Shown here one piece after another: positions 26,277 through 37,395 of a stretch of DNA of 64,000 bases. The stretch is taken from the NCBI GenBank assembly GCA_024679065.1, contig JAGIQG010000009.1, positions 100,254,001-100,318,000 of the forward strand. The letters run 5' to 3'. The notes beneath the pieces were generated by a model. That model made no database searches. It was not told where the DNA came from and saw only the letters and a list, made by a program, of their open reading frames with translations. Every line of letters starts with the position of its first letter. Position 1 is the stretch's first letter. The position numbers and the translations under genes were made by a program. The stretch is from Sphyrna mokarran. Its lineage: Eukaryota.

Positions 26277-27812
26277 GCCATTTTCGAACGAGCATCTCAG
26301 ATTTGGTCTAATTTTATTGTCCTTATCCAGCAATCGCAAGCAATTTTCTTGATCCATACAATTTTGTTTTGCTCCTGACTTCGCTCCTTCCTTATATTTC
26401 TATAATTTTGACTGTGTACTTTGACGCATTTTCTCTCATTATTATGTTAGCTAGATAAGTTACCTGATGGGAAATCACTAACTTTAGCAACTCAACTCAT
26501 TTCATCTAGTAATAGCTATAAGTTCTGTGGCCATTATAAATGTTTAATTCTATCTCAGATTAAGTGAACCAGGCTTCTCCATCCTTTTCTTCAAAATCTG
26601 GAGGTTCTTGAACAGAACAAAGCACATCACATCCGCCTCAGACTAAGATTTGTTAATAATTCGACATTACCTTCCTTAAATTCTACCTTTGTAACCACTA
26701 TTGTATTTATTTTGCATTTTGTGTTTTTAAACTCATATTTTTTCTCTCTCACATTAAGCCAATTTATTCCTTCAAATCTAATTCAAGCCGCACATTTCCT
26801 TGTCTCCTTTACATAATTGGCAACTGAGTTGCTGTTATTTTCAATAATTCAACATGTTTATCTTCTGCTTTTAAACGTTGAGCTTTCATATTCCTCCTCA
26901 TTCTTTCGGGTAAAATTAAATTCTGATAATTCCCCAAATCCAAAGTTTTAATTCAACCGCCCGTTCCAAATATCCTTCTCTATATTAAGAAACACCTCAG
27001 GAACTGAAACAGCGAACTCTTGCAAATTAATCCCTTTTGAAACTACGCAAATACAACGCCTGAATGAAAGCACCAGTTCGTGAACACACACTGTAATTAA
27101 ATTCATTAACCCCAAGAAATAATTACTCTGTTTTATCCAGACAATAATTCGCGAGGTTTATTAGGAACCTGATCACCACCCAAGTATCGAGACCAGCATT
27201 TTTTTTTCTCTATTTCGGATAATGGTGAGAATAGATCGCTATATTCTCCCGACAACTTAAGACTCAACTATACAAATTAAATCATTACTTAATAAGACAG
27301 TTAAACTAAAATTGAATAAAATAAAGGAGTTCAATTGTTATCCATTTGATCTGAATTTAAGCATGACAATAAAGAATCTTGGTTCTCACTGTTACAGCTT
27401 CTGTTCCAAATATGGTGCTTTCTTCTTTCAGACTCGAAAAACACTATTAATATACATATCAACCGTAAATATACTGATATAAGTAGTCTGAACAGACGTG
27501 AAGCTTCAAAGGGGTTTTGTCGAGTGGACTGTCTGAAGACATCCGTCTATAAGCAAAAATGAAACTCAACTCATTGCGAAATATACAGCTCATTCATGGA
27601 TTCGTAACATCAATTTACTGTTTGCATCTATATTCACATTCAGATTGTTAATCATTTCTCCCAGGGGACGTTTTATTTTGCTAGGGAAAAGTACATTATC
27701 TCTTAACTAATGACCACATGACTACAGTCAGTAATTATTTTGTTTTCCCAGCAATCATGGATACCCAGCTAAAATGTTCCAATACAATGGAAATTCTACA
27801 GTCTAGTCATGT

Positions 27813-28080
27813 GCAACAGTGTCACAGCGGTTGACACTAATGCCACACTGCACCAGGGACCCATGTTTAATTCAAGGCTTACGCAGAGTATGTATACTCT
27901 CGCCCCCACCCCCGGCACCGCCCCACTCCCGTCTTCGTGGCGCTCCGGTGGGTTCCCTAGTGACTAGTTGCTTGCACTGTCCTTGCTAAATTCTTCATTA
28001 CTGTCTTCAAAACAGGCGCCAGAATGTGGTGACTTGGGCATTTTCATAGTGACTCCATTAATGTAAACCTAGTAATGAAA
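27813..28080 (+). mobile_element. Old tRNA-derived SINE
   Basis: cacagcggttgacactaatgccacactgcaccagggaccc head and aacaggcgccagaatgtggtgacttgggcattttcatagtgactccatt tail. Confidence 0.8.
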
Positions 28081-29019
28081 TTATAGATCAACAGAACATT
28101 TAATAAGTCAACGTTGAAAGTGGCTTAGCTGCATCATGCCCACAGAAAGCAGGATACATCCAACATGGACGGTTACCACACCACCAAACTACACATCATC
28201 ATCACCAAACTGAAAGCCTGTGTATTCAATCAATGATGTCTCACGTAGTATGATTAATGATCTTCAGGTTTGTATTCCCCAATGACAAATGGTCCCGAAC
28301 TGATATATCCTCAAAATATAACATGAGTTTGGAAGGTTGATGGCATGTTGGCATTGGACGGGGACGAGTTATGGAGGGTGGCGGGGGGAGGTTGGGGAGA
28401 CGGAGGTGGTTAAGTGTTGATGACAACGATGCATTTGCTTAAATAAATAACGCATTTTATTGCTTAAAGTATCCAGCGAAATCTCGAATCAGTGCGGGGT
28501 AAGGGTCATATATATTTCACTTGTTGAATCCTGTGACGTATGTTTTTTTTAAAATTTCCATCTCATCTTCGTACACTTTGTCATCAATTCCTTGCTGTAG
28601 ATTCCTAAACAATGTCATTCCAGCTCCACCCTAAATGGCAAACGCTCTATCGTAAAATAAGAATTATGGAAGATCAGTTTTGAACGCATACTCATGTAAA
28701 TTATTAATTTCTTTTCAGAACTGAAGCAGTTCAGGTCGCCATCATAAAAAAAAACTGGATAGCATTGACCCATCGCATCAGAGGCAATTAAAAACACTGC
28801 CACACAAGTTCGATTGCGATGACATTCATGAAGAAAAGAATGAACAATGAACATGCAGAATTGTCAAAGTCATGAATACCTGAGCAGGGGACAGCAGAGA
28901 TGGGAACTGGGTTAAAAAAGTCAGAAAAAAATTTGAAGACAACTTCGGACATCATGAGCATAAAGGGCCATCAACATTGTATTGGATTTGCCACTAGCAA
29001 AATCATAAGAGTAATGAAA

Positions 29020-30560
29020 AATGCTAGTGTTCTGCATCTTAATGCATGTAGTGACAAACAAATAATTCACTATACAAATTGGTAGAAGCCATGTTATCTG
29101 ACAGGAATGTTAACAACATTATCCCATTTTTGAGATCAATATTCAGAGTTATTTGACTTTTTATAAGGACAGACGGGGTAGAAACAGCTGTACAATAGGG
29201 CTGATATCAAAACAGCAAGTAAGTGCAGTTCTGACGAGCGATTAAAGTTCAATGAATGTGGTGTCGAGTTGGGTGGAAGTGAAAGAAGCGAATGATTTGG
29301 AAATGGTGGTATAGTTAGTGCATGTCTGCAGAAAAGTAACCAAAATGCCTTAAAGTGTTAACGTGGAGAAATGCAAAAATATGTTCAAAAAACTCTACAT
29401 TAATTATACCTTAAATTTTCGTGGAGATATAGCTAATTAAATTAATTAAACGTGATAGTCAATATGATTACTTAATAGAGCACTTTCACGATGGATTCTC
29501 CAGCAATATGGTATGGAGTTATGTAGCTATCAGGTGAAGTTTAATCTGGCAATGCACAATAAGGAAGATAAAGCAAGTTTCGTTACGATTAAATATTGTT
29601 TCAGAACTACTATAAACAATATGACGTCACTCAACATTCAGATAAATTATCTAGAAATTGAAACTTCAGTGTGCATGGCAATTTAAATATGAATTGCAAA
29701 AATATGGGAATGCAATTTGCCAAAGTGGTCTGGTCATATAGAGCAGGAGATAAGACAATCGATGAGAGCAATTCAGTGAGGCATTTCATGAGTCCAGCAA
29801 GAAAAAAAAATCCAGTAAAGGGGAAAGAATATAGCAAGCGAAGCAACCATTCATGGATAAACAATGAATTCAACGCGGGTGTTTAGACACATGCAAAAAG
29901 AAATATAAAAGTTGTTGTAGAAGTTGGTAGGGCAGAAAAGTGCGATAGATACAGAATAAAATAAATGCGGACTAAAGATATTGTGACTGAGAAAATACAT
30001 TACGGGCAAATCTTATGCTACAAAGGGAAACTGGAAAACATTTTTTTTAAATTAATGTAAAAGAGAAGAAGACATAACTCCGGGAATCAGAATAATAGCA
30101 GAGGAGTTCAAAATGTATTTTGGTTCGAAAATACTGCCAGCATCGCATACATCTTTTAAAAAAAATGTTTACGTGGGCAATTAAAAATAGTCAAATTCAA
30201 CAAAAAAAAGAATGAGACCAGCGACTTGTGGAGGTAATATGTGGATCAGTACTCAGACCGCAATTTCTGACAACAGTGGGAGTGGAAGCAAGTTGTAATT
30301 AAGCCTTAAACAGCTTACAACGAGATGTTGATAAGTTAAATCAATGGGCAAAAAAATTGGCGTATGACCTTCTATAAGGGAACATTTGAGATTGTTAATT
30401 TTGGAAGACAGAACAAGATGGCAGGTACTGTATTAATTGAATGAGATAACAAAAAGTTTTAATTAAAATGTAGTTGTGGCTCTTTGATCATGAAAAATAT
30501 CAAGTTAGCATATAGGTGTGTGTCTCAATAGGGAAGTCGAATGCAATGCTGACTTTAATT
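29020..30560 (+). mobile_element. Ancient CR1 ORF2 remnants
   Basis: L.LNA.S (ctgcatcttaatgcatgtagt), KDR.G, PWI (ccattcatggataa) and LQRDVDKL.QWAK.W (ttacaacgagatgttgataagttaaatcaatgggca). Confidence 0.6.
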
Positions 30561-30567
30561 TGAAAGT

Positions 30568-31390
30568 GGCAGGAGCATGAGTTTGTTCTGCCATTCGACC
30601 ATGTGTGTTAAGCTTCACATCCCCATTTTCTTTAACACATTAAAAATTCGTCTAACTTCTTCTGAAAGTTAGACATTGCCACCGCACCCTTCGCATCTTG
30701 GGGTAACAAATTCCACAGATTCACAACCTTCTGTGAGAAGCCATTTCTCCTCAACTCTGTTTTAATTTTTTTACCCTTTGTCGTAGAATTATGACTTCGA
30801 GTCATACAAGAGAAAGCATCCGTTCCATCTCTAATTATCCAGACATGTAATCATCGAAGATAAGTCAATTCTATCTCACCTGATTTTTCTCAATTTCAGA
30901 AAGTTTTGGATTAAATTGTTCAATCTCTCTTCATACCACAAACGTCTAATCTTTGGGTTGAATTTGTTGAACACCTTTCTGAACTGCTTCCCACGCCACC
31001 ACATTTCTCCTCAAACAGTGGGACAAAACTATGCACAATTCACGAGTGATATTTCACTGATAACTTGGACGGTGCCAACAGCGCATCCTTTCCTTTATAT
31101 TCCACTCCTTTAGCAAAGCATGAGGAAATCCTATCCACTTTCCTTATATCTGCTATACGGGCACGATAGCTTTCTGTGACGCATGAACAGGACACAGAGA
31201 TCCCACTGCACCAAAGCTCCCCGACTTCTCTCTGAATTTAGATAATTCGTCAACTTCCCATTTTTCCAAGCAAAATGCAAATCTCATAATTATCTATGTT
31301 ATATTCCATCTGCCATCGCCTGGCCCATTTTCCTAACCTATCTATATCCACTTGAAAGGTTCGTATTTCTCCATTTCAATTATTGAGCTG
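30568..31390 (-). mobile_element. Old CR1 3' fragment
   Basis: aaattccacagattcacaaccttctgtgagaag and ttccatctgcca (reverse complement of RVVNLWN and WQME). Confidence 0.8.
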
Positions 31391-31414
31391 CTCCAGTTTG
31401 CCAACATAAATACA

Positions 31415-31695
31415 GTTAGTGACATTATCACTGTATCTTTGGTCCAGAGACCCATTGTCATGTTCCAAGGACAAATTTCCAAATTCTAATTTAGAGATAA
31501 CAGAATTTCAATTCAATAATAATCTGCAATGAAAAGATTGATGATGACCAGCAACCACTGACAAAATAAAAAAAAGCTAATTCAGCAATGTCCTTTAGGG
31601 AAGGAACTTTGTGACTTTGTCAATTCTAGCTTACACGCGACTCCCGGCACTCAGCAATGAAGCTGAATCTTAATTGCCTATTGGAATGGTGGAAC
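31415..31695 (+). mobile_element. Old tRNA-headed SINE (second family)
   Basis: tccagagaccc...gaatttcaattcaataa...gatgatgacca...aatgtcctttagggaaggaa...cagcaatg, a common shark repeat. Confidence 0.7.
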
Positions 31696-31703
31696 AAAAC
31701 TTT

Positions 31704-32491
31704 GGGCTACAATCAGGCCGTGCGCAGGGCAATCCAATCAACGTGTCACCAATATGCCTTCTGTTCCACTTTTGGCACAGGTACCCTGGAATTCTGCTGC
31801 ACAAATGTGAAACATTCTTACCGTTCCATTACCCATCCAGGCATTGGCAAATCAGGCCACAGGGATGTGTTGCTGCTTCCGACTTACAAGCAATAACTAA
31901 ACCAAGAGGATCTATCAAAAAAAATCATGTTGGTCTGCAGAATCGGATAGCATGTGTTAGCAAATTGGTCAGGTTTAAATGCACTGCGGCCAGCATGTCG
32001 TAGCACGTGTATAAAAGTAAATCCGCTATTTCCCAACCAGAAACTATGGATGAACATGGGTATCCTGTGATTGCTGAAGTCCATGTCTGAAGCGTTAGAG
32101 TCCGGCGACACTGTGTTTTACAAAGAAAAGTCACATGAGAGCTAAGGAGATCCATTACATACGCCAAAATACACAGCGGGACCAAATTGGAGACCGAAGT
32201 AAATCACAGGGACCTCCATTGACTGCGGAAAAGACTAAAAAGTATAACGGACTACAAATATGTAAAGTCGCCGGTACCTGGTGAGCTTAGTGCAATCAAT
32301 ATCTGTTTTCTGTAAAAGGTCATCGAGTGCACGTCTTTTATTCTGAAATTCCTAAATGAACTTTTACCTGAGGTCACCGTTTGCAGATGTCAGGGCATAT
32401 ATCCCGAAGACGACACCAGGAAAAATGACTGACCCGGCTAGGATACCAGGACGTACGTTGTACAGAGCAATTGGTCGGGTATCTGAGAGAT
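31704..32491 (+). mobile_element. Rex1/Babar non-LTR retrotransposon, 5' part
   Basis: ORF 31657..31896 has TLEFCCTNVKHSYRSITHPGIGKSGH..VLLLPTYKQ (compare LDHCYT..AYRS.P.PH.GKSDH..V.LLPAYKQ). FPNQKLWMN is at 32030 and a RK.TGPDG.PGR-like stretch at 32419. Confidence 0.8.
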
Positions 32492-35352
32492 AGAACAAAG
32501 AACAAAGAACAAAATAGCACGAGAAACAGCCACTTTGGCGCACTTCTACCCATGATCTCTGTCATTGTTTGTACATCTATGGATTGGAGCCAAGTGTGAG
32601 ACAATTTTGGGAGAATTTGTTCTGTCAATCAGCCTAAGAGCACATCTTTGGGATGTGGGAGGAAATCGGAACACCCGGAGAAAACCCACACAAGCACGGG
32701 GAGAATGCACAAACTCCCACAGACCCAAATCCATGTATTTGCACAGCACAGCAATAGTCACGGAGCTGTCGTGTTGCCCATCAAATGGTCCAGGACAAGC
32801 GCACACTAACGACGTGAAACTCTAGGATACTCTCAAAAAATCCAAGAGAAGCCCTCTCACGACCCATCGCGTTTATGCCCCTTGTTGGACAACAAGGCGG
32901 ACCGAAGTACCTGTAGGATAAAACAAAGTCATCAATATGATCGACAATTTACACACTTCCCAGTGAACTTCCAAGGCTCATGATTCCTATTTTAAATGTT
33001 TTCTATATCGCAGCATTCTCATTCTGTTCATGCGCCCATTTGAATATCTCTTAAATAACTCAAGAGTGCTTGCCTCCACCACTGTACTTGGCAGCGCGTA
33101 CTATATCCCCACCACCCTCTGTGTGAAAGAAAACTCGTTCTAGCATTCAAATTATACCTTAACCCCTCACCCTAAGCCCGTGATCCCTCGTGTTATTTGA
33201 GTCCATCCTAAGAAAAAGCTTAACCCTGTTTACTCTATCTATACCCCTCATAATCTTGTACACCTCTATTAAATCTCCGCTAAGTCTAGTCTTTCGAAGT
33301 AAAACAGCCACAAATTGCCTAACATCTCCTCGTAACTCAGACCCTCCATACCAAGCAGCATCCTGGTACACCTCTTCTGCACTCTCTCCAGAGTCTTCAT
33401 GTCCTTCCGGTAGTAAAGCGACCAGAACTGGACGCAATATTCCAAATGAGGTCTAACCAATGTTTTATACAACTGCAACATTAAAGGCCATCTCTTGTAC
33501 TCTATACTCCTTCCTATAAAGGCTAGCATACCATATGGTTTCTTCACAACCTTCTCCACCTGCTCTGCCACCTTCAGAGACTTGTGCACCCGCATCCCTA
33601 GGCCCCTCTGCGTTTCTACACTCTTAATAGGTCTATCCTTTATCATATACCTCCCCCCTACATTCTTTCTCCCGAAATGCATCAACTCACATTTATCAGG
33701 ATTGAATTCCATCTGCCATCTGTCTGCCCAAGCTACCAGCCTACCTATGTCCTGCTGCATCGCCTGACAGTGCTCCTGACTATCCGCAAGTCCAGCCATC
33801 TTTGTATCGTCTGCAAACTTGCTGATCACGACACTTACTCCCTCTTCCAAGTCACTTATACATATTACAAATAGAAGAGGTCCCAGTACCGAGCCCTGCG
33901 GCACATCACTAATGACAGATCTCCAGCTAGAAAAACACCCTTCCACTATTACTGTATGTCTCCTATTACCAAGTCAGTTACTTATCCATCTAGCTACCTG
34001 TCCTTGTATCCCATTAGCCTTGACCTTTTCAACTATCCTCTCGAGGGACATTGTCAAACTCCTCACTGAAATCCATATAGACGACATCAACGGCTCGCCC
34101 TTCGTCGAACCGTTTCATCACCTCCTCAAAAGTTCTACCAGATTCGTAAGGCACGACTTTCACTTAACAAAGCCATGCTGCGTATCCCTAATCAGATCGC
34201 AATGTTCTAAGTGCCTATACATCTTATCTCTAAGAATCCCCTCCAACAGCTTTCCTACCACTGATGTCAAACTCACCAGCCTATAATTTCCAGGGTTATC
34301 CTTACTATCCTTTTTTAAACAACGGTACAACATTAGGTATTCTCGAGTCCTCTGGGACCTTATCTGTGTCCAAAGAAGAGACAAAGATTTGCATCAGAAC
34401 CCCAGCAATTTCACCTCGTGCCTCCCTAAGCAGCCTGGAATAAATGCCATCAGGCCGTGCAGATTTCTCAGTCTAAAGCTACCTAGAAGATCTAACACTT
34501 CTTGCCTCGGTATGGATATTTCCCTCAATTGGTCTACAGTTCCCACAGAGAGAGGACCATTCAACAAGCCCCTCTCCTTCGTGAATACTGACGCAAACTA
34601 TTCATTCAGGATCTCCACCATTCCCTCGGGCTCTAAGCACAGTTCCCCTCCTCTGTCCTTAAGAGGTCCGATTTTTCCTTTAACCACCCTTTTTTTCCTA
34701 ACATAGGAGTAAAAAGCCTTTGGATTTTCCTTAATCATATCTGCCAAAACCTTTTCATGCCCCTTTTTGCCCTTCTAATTCCCCGTTTGAGCTCCCTCCT
34801 ACTCTCTCTATTTTCCTCCAACGCTCTCTCCGTTCCCAGCTGCTTTGACCTAACATATGCCTCTCCTTTCTTCCTAACCAACTCCTCAATATCCCTAGTA
34901 ATCCTCGGCTCTCTAATCCTACCTTTGCCATCTTTCCTCTTTGCTGGCACATATCTTTCTTATAACATTTTCAGTATTCCCTTCAAAGAATCTCACATGC
35001 CTAGCGTGGTCTTATCCTCGAACAACTGTTCCCAATCAGTTTCTCTAATTTCCTGCCTAATCCAACTGTAGTTAGCCTTCCCCCAATTCAGCACCCTCCC
35101 CCTAGGGCAACGAGCATCCTTCTCCATCTGTATCCGGAAGTAGACAGAGTTGTGATCACTCTTAGCCACATGTTCTCCTACTATAAACTCACACACCTGA
35201 CCTGGCTCATTACTCAGAACTAAACCCAATATAGCCCCCTCTCTAGTCGAACTAGCTGCATACTGCTCCAATAAACCTTCCAGTACACATTTTACAAATT
35301 CTTGCCCGTCCGAACCCTGAGTTTTAGGTACCTTCCAATCCACCCCAGGGAG
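32492..35352 (-). mobile_element. CR1 LINE, 5'-truncated within the endonuclease. Tail (TTGTTCT)n at 32492; well-preserved body 33160-35352
   Basis: ORFs 33269..33946 ([32 protein letters not shown]), 34160..34384 (NYRLVSLTSVVGK, QHGF) and 34993..35343 (TREGAIL.LVL, SDHN). Frameshifted, so non-functional. Confidence 0.95.
32565..32780 (-). mobile_element. SINE inserted in the CR1 3' region
   Basis: gcacatctttgggatgtgggaggaaatcggaacacccggagaaaacccacacaagcacggggagaatgcacaaactcccacagac, the same body as the 10538 SINE. Confidence 0.88.
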
Positions 35353-35354
35353 AG

Positions 35355-36435
35355 TAAGATCTTCAACTTCTTTTTACAACAATCTGAGTTCCACATTTGC
35401 TTTAAGATAAACATCATTCAGGAACTAAAGAAAAGCAGAGTATCTCAGTGAATATCGGCAGTTGAGTCTCACGTGCGTCATTATGAAGCGTTTGAAAGAT
35501 TAGTCATGGTGCGAAACCAATTTCCCTCTTCCCAGCAGATTGCCTGGATCCATTACAGTTCGCCTGCTCACACAAAAAAAAAACTGCAAGGGATGCAATT
35601 TCCTAGCCTTGCCATCAACCCAGGAATATCTAGATAATAAAGACGTATTTCAGTCTCGCTCCTACTTATTGAATACAGCTCAGTCCTCAACATGGTTATT
35701 CGGGCCAAACTCATCTCCAAATCTGTGGTTCTTCCATCGGCTCGTGTGACCACAGTAGCTATTCTTCACTGTCAATAAATCGAATGAGATAATTATTGAC
35801 TTCTAGAAGCATAGTGGATGGCACACCCCTGCCTATATCAATGGGATGCGGGAGAGACGGTCAAAACCTTCAGGCTTTTAAGTGTCGAGGTCACCAACAA
35901 CACATCCTGACCCCTCTTTGTGGATGGTGTAGTTAAGAAAGCCCATCCCTGTATTTTCTCAGAGGCGATGGAATTCGGTCTGATTGTTACGGATTTCCAA
36001 AATAATATATATTTTTTCTCTATCACAGCTTGGTATGCCCCTTGATCATCCCAAACTTGCAAGAAAGTACAAAGTTCATACTGAAACCCAGTCCATCACT
36101 TAAAACCAACCTCCCTTGCCCACATTTCCCATTGTCTCAAAAAAAAAACAGCCTGCATAGTTAAGGACTATGCATCACCATCGGTGTAACTTTTTTCTCC
36201 TTTACCGTCTAACTGAAACATAAAATTCTGAAGACATGAAACGTCCAACTCAAGGATAACTTCTTCCCTTATGCAATCCGAAATTGAGTGGACCTCGGTT
36301 GATTTCTCTCTGCACCCTAGCTTTGACTATAAACTTGTATTCCTTCGTTCTCTATGAGTGGCTATCTTTGTCTATTTAGTGTGCTTGATGCATTTCTTTT
36401 TCAGTGCGTATTAACACCTGCAGCAAGAGTAAATT
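35355..36435 (+). mobile_element. Rex1/Babar non-LTR retrotransposon, 3' part (RT to tail, internally deleted)
   Basis: IFNFFLQQSE..ICFK, YR.LSLT.VIMK.FERLV, LDPLQFA, YLDNKD..LL.IEYSS..N, EIIIDF.K and VVKKAH are collinear Rex1 motifs. Confidence 0.85.
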
Positions 36436-36559
36436 ATTTCAGTGCAATTTAAATCAAACATTATCAAAGGCATTATCAACTGTGCAAATATCTTTTCTAG
36501 TAAGCATCGCAAATATCCCATGAACTAATGAAAATGGTCAAAACTAAACGATGACTAAA

Positions 36560-37350
36560 GCCTAATACGATTACAGAAGAGCGTGAGCTGGTGAAAATCA
36601 GACAGATGGAGGATGTTTGCAAACGAGAAGTAATGCAGTTTGGCGGGGGAATAAAATAAAACATTTTATTTAATGCCGAATGCTTGCACAACTATAAGAT
36701 GCACAACTATCCTGGTGCATAAATCACAAATCACTTGCAGCCATGCGCAGCATGCTAGGAAGAAAGCTCATAGAACGTTTCAGTTTATCACGACAGAAAT
36801 TTACTTCAAGTGTAGGAAGGTTACGCTTCATTTTATTGGACTGAGAATAGATCTATTGTACTACTTAAAGTGTTGGTTCACTGACTTAAGGAAATATGTA
36901 AATGGTTCAGAAACAGTTCAGCAAAGATTAATTGGAATAATTTCAGGATTATGCAAGTTATTGAGCAATAACGCATTGGAAAAGGGTTAGATTGCTATTC
37001 AGTTGAGTATTTTAGATTGGAAGGGAATTAGGTGTCCTATTTACAATTGATGCAATTTTGATAGGTTGAATATATTCTTTAAACTGAGTAACTGGAGTCG
37101 CTTTTAATTTAGAGATGAGGAGATCCTGTTTTCTTTAAGAGTCGCGAGTCTCTGAAATTCGCTTCCTCAACTGCTGTGGAAGTCCTGTCTTTGATTTTTT
37201 ACTTAAAGACAAAGCTAGGTAGATTCTTGTGTAATGTGGGCAGAAATGCAGGAATGTGAGGATGAAGGTTCAATCAGATCAGCGATTATATCATTTAGGA
37301 GTGATATAGACTCAGCCAACAGAATGCTGATTCCTAATGCTATTTCATAG
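36560..37350 (+). mobile_element. Old CR1 3' fragment
   Basis: RQME...EVMQFG, KKA...F, TDLRK.V...ETVQQRL, RVASL.NSLPQ, then a 3' UTR remnant. Confidence 0.75.
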
Positions 37351-37353
37351 CAT

Positions 37354-37395
37354 TAGATTGGCAATCTAGTTGTACCATAGATTGGCAATCTAGTT
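37354..37395. repeat. Duplicated 15 bp quasi-palindrome (24 bp period)
   Basis: TAGATTG-G-CAATCTA-gtt at 37354 and 37378. Confidence 0.92.

Noticed and set aside
27040-27400. Second LTR-like segment
   Set aside because: AATAAA and a gttaca end are visible, but no matching terminus, TSD or similarity to 25646-26276 could be established.
33269-33946. RT ORF as a functional or domesticated gene
   Set aside because: It is a frameshifted, truncated piece of an ordinary CR1 ORF2.
9485-37395. Short tandem duplications (81, 24, 14 and 24 bp) as CRISPR-like arrays
   Set aside because: Only two units each, no unique spacers, unrelated to one another, and the context is vertebrate.
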